Shown piece after piece: positions 57,625-64,000 of a DNA stretch of 64,000 bases. Below the pieces are notes generated by a model, which searched no databases, had not been told where the DNA came from, and saw only the letters and a list, made by a program, of their open reading frames with translations. This DNA is from Kiritimatiellia bacterium (GTDB lineage Bacteria; Verrucomicrobiota; Kiritimatiellia; CAIQIC01; Lenti-01). Each line of letters opens with the position of its first letter. Position 1 is the first letter of the stretch. The stretch covers positions 37,883 to 101,882 of the forward strand of contig JAFTAH010000164.1 of the NCBI GenBank assembly GCA_017458625.1. The letters run 5' to 3'. The position numbers were made by a program, and so were the translations under genes.

Positions 57625-57910
57625 GGACGCAATTCATTGCATCCGTCGGGCTCTACTTTTTGTGGAAACGCTCTAGAGCGGTGTTCAAATTACTGTAGCC
57701 ATTTGGCGGGCGGCTTCCGGAGGTGCGGCTTCCAGCCGCGCAATTACTAATCGTCTCATAATAGTATTGACCTATGCCTTTCGGAAGAATGCTGTTTTCT
57801 GGAATAATAAGCTGATTATGTGACAAGACAAAAATGAGACGATTAGTAATTTTGGCGCGACAGGATGTCGCACCTCCGAACCTTGTGGCCACACATTTTC
57901 GCAAAATGCT

Positions 57911-57913
<3 letters not shown>
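57625..57913. mobile_element. Two TAGAGC-ended MITE-like elements sharing a CTAG, the second with a nested 110-bp insertion
   Basis: 57625-57676 is the inverse of 14233-14284; GCTCTAGAGC junction at 57670-57679; right end ATGCTCTA at 57906-57913; 18-bp perfect IR at 57742-57759 and 57834-57851. Confidence 0.7.
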
Positions 57914-60034
<2,121 letters not shown>

Positions 60035-60318
60035 GGTGGATTCCTTCTGTGAACTGGAAATGACGGCGCCGAGCGTTCAGAACCCCGCCGTTCGGCACGC
60101 AAGGTCGCACATCTGGCCGTGGCTGGCAAGGGCGTTCCCGCACTTGTGACAAAAATGTCCGAACCCGCCGCGCCGTGGCCCCGCTTCCGGCCTGCCGCAC
60201 CCTGGGACACCGGTTGCGGCAGCGGGGGCAACTGGCCGTGATTTTGTTGTCGCACAACGGACGGGGAAAGGCTAGGATGGAGACACACGGGACGCGCGCC
60301 GCCCGGCAGGAGCTTGCC

Positions 60319-61698
60319 ATGACACAGACCATCAAGATTCAGGACATCCACACGCTCGTCACGATGGACGGCGAAGACCGCGTGCTGCACGATGTGGACG
60401 TCGTGCTGGCGGACGGACGCATCCAGGCCATCGGCCCCGCGCTGCCCACGCCGCCCGTCGCCCGTGTGCTGGACGGCCGCTGGTGCGTGGCCTACCCGGG
60501 CTTCGTCAACACTCATCACCACTTCTATCAGACCCTGACGCGCAACCTGCCGAGCGTCCAGGACGCCAAGCTGTTCGACTGGCTCACCTGGCTCTACGAG
60601 GTCTGGCGCGGCCTCACCCCCGAAGCCATCCGCGTCAGCACCCAGGTCGCCCTCGGCGAACTGCTCCTCAGCGGATGCACGACGACGACCGACCATTTCT
60701 ACGTGTTCCCGCGGTCGGCTCCGCGCGAGTTCCTGGACGTGGAGCTCGACGAGGCGCGCCGCCTCGGCGTCCGCTTCCATGCCACCCGCGGCAGCATGAG
60801 CCTCGGCAAGAGCCACGGCGGCCTGCCCCCGGACGACGTGACGCAGAGCTGGGAGGACATCCTGGCCGACTGCGAACGCCTGGTGGCGAAGTATCACGAC
60901 CCCAGGCCCTTCGCGATGACCCGGATCGCCCTCGCGCCCTGCTCCCCCTTCTCGGTCACCCGGGAGTCGCTCGCGGAAACCGCCACCTTCGCCCGCGCCC
61001 ACGGCCTCCGGATGCATACCCACCTCTGCGAGACGATGGACGAGCAGGACTTCTGCCTCGAAAAGGTCGGCATGCGTCCGCTCGACTACATGGAAAGCGT
61101 CGGCTGGATGGGGCCGGACGTCTGGTTCGCGCATGGCATCTGGTTCAATGACGACGAGATTCGGCGACTCGGCGAGGCCGGCTGCGGCGTCGCGCACTGC
61201 CCCATCTCGAACCTGCGCCTCGGCAGCGGCATCTGCCACGTCCCCGCACTGCTGAAGGCGGGCGTCAAGGTCGGCGTCGCGGTGGATGGCAGCGCCTCCA
61301 ACGATGCCGGCAATCTCCTCCGCGAAATGCAGACCGCAATGCTCGTACACCGCGTCGGGACAGGCGTCGAGTCGATGCCCGCCCGCACCGTCGTGCGCAT
61401 GGCCACGCGCGGCGGCGCCGCCGTCCTCGGCTATGACGAGATCGGCAGCGTGGAAGTCGGCAAGGCCGCCGACCTGGCGCTGTTCCGGCTCGACCGCGTG
61501 GACTACGCCGGCGCCATGGCGGATCCCGCCGCCGCCGTCCTCTTCTGCGGCAGCGCCCCCCGCGCCGAATACACCATCGTGGCCGGCGAGCCCCTCGTGG
61601 AGCATGGCCGCCTGATGCGCCTCGACGAGGAAAGACTTTTCCACGAGGCCAACGCCGAGACCACCAGGCTCCTCCAGCAGGCCGGCGTGAAGGGCTAA
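60319..61698 (+). CDS. 8-oxoguanine deaminase / AtzB-like amidohydrolase
   Basis: PGFVNTHHHFYQTLTR, TTTDHFY, APCSPFSV, HTHLCET, WFAHG, HCPISNLRLGSG, VDGSASND. Confidence 0.88.
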   Translation: MTQTIKIQDIHTLVTMDGEDRVLHDVDVVLADGRIQAIGPALPTPPVARVLDGRWCVAYPGFVNTHHHFYQTLTRNLPSVQDAKLFDWLTWLYEVWRGLTPEAIRVSTQVALGELLLSGCTTTTDHFYVFPRSAPREFLDVELDEARRLGVRFHATRGSMSLGKSHGGLPPDDVTQSWEDILADCERLVAKYHDPRPFAMTRIALAPCSPFSVTRESLAETATFARAHGLRMHTHLCETMDEQDFCLEKVGMRPLDYMESVGWMGPDVWFAHGIWFNDDEIRRLGEAGCGVAHCPISNLRLGSGICHVPALLKAGVKVGVAVDGSASNDAGNLLREMQTAMLVHRVGTGVESMPARTVVRMATRGGAAVLGYDEIGSVEVGKAADLALFRLDRVDYAGAMADPAAAVLFCGSAPRAEYTIVAGEPLVEHGRLMRLDEERLFHEANAETTRLLQQAGVKG

Positions 61699-61715
61699 TC
61701 CCGAGGAACCCGACC

Positions 61716-62975
61716 ATGACCGACGACTTGCTGAATCCCCCCCCGGCCACCCCCGGCGACGAAGGCCACCTCCACCTGACGCTCTCCCCCAACGACGCGC
61801 CAGACGCCGCGCCCCACGGCCGACTCATTCTCCACGCCCATGAGCCGGACGGTGATTCGCGCCCCGAATCCGATGCCGAGGTGGTCGCCGGCGTCCGCTC
61901 GCTGTTCGGCGGCGGCTCGGATGCGGCCTCCGCCCCCTCCTCCGCCGCCCGGAAGCCCCTGCCCAGCTATGCCCGCGCCCAGGTCCCCCATACCGCCGAT
62001 GGCGCCCCCCTCGGCCGCGCAGGCACCGCCACCGCCGGTCGTCCCCTGCCCCCCACCGGCCGCTTCCACAAGCCTGTGCCCCAGCCTGCCGCCTCGGCCC
62101 CGACGCCCCCGTCTCAGGAGCCCATCCCCCCCCCCGACCCCGACGGCGTCGAATGGGACGATGACGACGCCGACACCATCCCCCTCTCCCTCCGCCTACG
62201 TGCCTGGTGGGCCGGCATCGATGCCAGCCGCAAGCTGATTGGCTCGGCCGTCCTGCTCTTCGTCCTGGTCGCCCTGGTGGCGGTCGCCTCGGTCCACTGC
62301 TCCGGCCCCGCCGACGAATCCCCGATCGCCACCCCCCCGTCCAACGGACCCGGCGCCCTCGAAGGGGAAGTCAACGACGACGCCCTCGCCACCACCCAGT
62401 CCCAGCCCCCCTCCTCCGGCACAGCCGACGCGGACGCTGGACAGCCCGCCGAGCCGTCTGCCGTCGCCGCGCAAGCCCCGGCCGACCTGCCCCCCCCCGC
62501 AACGCCTGCCTCCGCCGCGCCGACGCCTTTGCCGCCGCCCGCCGAAAAGCCCGCGCCGCTCCCCGCCCTCGCGATTCCCGGCTTCAAGGTGTCCTCCACC
62601 GCCGATGGCTACCTCCTCGTCTTCGAGCAGCCCGCCTTCGAATCCCTCGACTACCTCTCCGTCAGCGGCATGAAGGCGCTCAAGACCCTGGGAGCCCGTC
62701 TCAAGGCCCTCAAGAAGCCGTTACGCGTCACCCTCACCGGCTACACCGACAACGTGCCCATGAGCCATCCCACCGACAAGTTCAAGAGCAATGCCGACAT
62801 CGCCGCCGCCCGCGCGGCGGTGGCCACCGACCACCTGCGCCACTTCGCGAACAACGACCTCCTCTCTTTCGAGGCCCTCGCCGGCCCCGAGACCGAGGCC
62901 CCCTTCCCCAACGACACCCCGGCCTCCCGCCGCCTCAACCGTACCGTCACCATCCGCCTCGCGCCAGCCCAGTGA
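61716..62975 (+). CDS. Pro-rich single-pass membrane protein with C-terminal OmpA/MotB-like peptidoglycan-binding domain
   Basis: TM LIGSAVLLFVLVALVAV; LRVTLTGYTDNVP..SNADIAAARA..RRLNRTVTIRL. Confidence 0.75.
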   Translation: MTDDLLNPPPATPGDEGHLHLTLSPNDAPDAAPHGRLILHAHEPDGDSRPESDAEVVAGVRSLFGGGSDAASAPSSAARKPLPSYARAQVPHTADGAPLGRAGTATAGRPLPPTGRFHKPVPQPAASAPTPPSQEPIPPPDPDGVEWDDDDADTIPLSLRLRAWWAGIDASRKLIGSAVLLFVLVALVAVASVHCSGPADESPIATPPSNGPGALEGEVNDDALATTQSQPPSSGTADADAGQPAEPSAVAAQAPADLPPPATPASAAPTPLPPPAEKPAPLPALAIPGFKVSSTADGYLLVFEQPAFESLDYLSVSGMKALKTLGARLKALKKPLRVTLTGYTDNVPMSHPTDKFKSNADIAAARAAVATDHLRHFANNDLLSFEALAGPETEAPFPNDTPASRRLNRTVTIRLAPAQ

Positions 62976-62991
62976 CCTCGCGCCGCCACCG

Positions 62992-64000
62992 ATGAAACGC
63001 CTCCTTGCCCTCCTGTTCTGCCTGGCGGGAACCGTTCTGCTACTCCTGGCCCCGCCCTCCGCATCCGCCCAGTCCGTCCGCTGTTCCCGCTGCCACCGGG
63101 CCATCCGCAATGGTGAAACGTACTACGTGTCCACGGACCACAAGGAGTCCTACTGCGCCGAATGCCATCGCTACCTGACGCCGACCTCGTGCAAGGTCTG
63201 TGCTACGCCCATGCCCAACGGCGGGGCCTCCTTCCGCGACGAGTTCGGCTACTGCACCAACTGCGCCACCCTCCTCGCGGACGCCCTGGCCGACCGCTGC
63301 CTCGTCTGCCGCCAGCCCCTCTCCCAGCGCATCGCCGCCGACGGCGTCCTCGTCTGCTCCCCCGCCTGCGCCACCAAGTACCGCCTCGACAAGGTAGGCG
63401 CCCACGCCTACGCCGCCCTGACCTGCGCCTCCTGCGGCCGCTCCCTCGCCCAGAACGACGCCCGTCCCATCCACCGCTACGCCGGCCAGCTCGCCTGTTC
63501 CGATGCCTGCGCCCAGGCCCTCTTCCCCAAGTGCGACGTCTGCCATCGCCGCACCCCCTCCCAGCGCCGCGTCGCCGGCCAGCTCGTCTGCTCCGACCGG
63601 TGCGCCCGCACCCTCATGACCCCCTGCATCGTCTGCCACAAGCCTTGCGATGCCGCCTCCGACGCCCCCGTCTGCCCCGACTGCGCCAAGACCGCCGTCC
63701 AGTCCCAGGCCGAAGGCGAAGCCCTCCTCGCTACCTGCCAAGGCGAGATCTCCTGGCTCTTCGACATCGCCCTCGGCTGCCGCCCCAGGCTCGTCCTCTG
63801 TGACCATGCCACCCTGGCCGCCGCCTCCCACGACATCGCCACCGAATCCGGCAAGGTCGTCCACCAGGGCCTCTACACCTCTTCCGGCTTCCGCAACCTC
63901 GAAACCGGCGAGATCACCCTCTCCAACTGCACCATCTACGCCCTCCGCGACCTCCCCAGGGAGTACCTCCGCGACGTCCTCGCCCACGAGGCCACCCACC
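62992..64000 (+). CDS. Partial CDS running off the right edge: secreted Cys-repeat protein with DA1-like zinc metallopeptidase domain
   Basis: Manual translation: signal peptide MKRLLALLFCLAG..ASAQ; repeated CxxC...CSxxC/CxxC units; PVCPDCAKTAV; IYALRDLPREYLRDVLAHEATH (HExxH). Not in the ORF track. Confidence 0.85.
   Translation, partial: MKRLLALLFCLAGTVLLLLAPPSASAQSVRCSRCHRAIRNGETYYVSTDHKESYCAECHRYLTPTSCKVCATPMPNGGASFRDEFGYCTNCATLLADALADRCLVCRQPLSQRIAADGVLVCSPACATKYRLDKVGAHAYAALTCASCGRSLAQNDARPIHRYAGQLACSDACAQALFPKCDVCHRRTPSQRRVAGQLVCSDRCARTLMTPCIVCHKPCDAASDAPVCPDCAKTAVQSQAEGEALLATCQGEISWLFDIALGCRPRLVLCDHATLAAASHDIATESGKVVHQGLYTSSGFRNLETGEITLSNCTIYALRDLPREYLRDVLAHEATH

Noticed and set aside
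60126-60139. Possible sigma54 promoter (GG-N10-GC, CGGGAACGCCCTTGC) upstream of glnA
   Set aside because: The -24 element deviates from TGGCAC, and such matches arise easily by chance at this GC content.

Overview
High-GC bacterial chromosome segment. Gene content and style suggest a PVC-superphylum anaerobe, possibly Kiritimatiellae (inference). About 50 CDSs, mostly scattered housekeeping genes: gnnA-like, lpxB, dfx, rfbB, surE, radC, add, ptsH, gpmI, murC, hisG, lptD, folB, fadL, nfo, rpoN, pckG, glgC, moeB, cvpA, hemW, type III glnA and an 8-oxoguanine deaminase. No rRNA, tRNA, CRISPR array, integrase or transposase is recognisable. Three real ORFs are missing from the ORF track: a partial KKPFG-repeat protein at the left edge, a 29-aa bS22/mS38-like protein, and a secreted Cys-repeat DA1-like zinc peptidase at the right edge. 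The intergenic DNA is a mosaic of dispersed repeat families: 8-bp-period CTAG and CCGG arrays, two 3x32-bp TTCCA-N5-TGGAA arrays, a ~33-bp TGTGAGTTTACGG motif (9 copies), TAGAGC-ended MITE-like elements sitting on TAG stop codons, and REP/REPIN doublets. There is also a decayed lpxB duplicate, a candidate 167-nt structured RNA, and local strand-skew flips whose edges tend to fall at the repeats. All assignments are by eye from motifs; no database searches were run.
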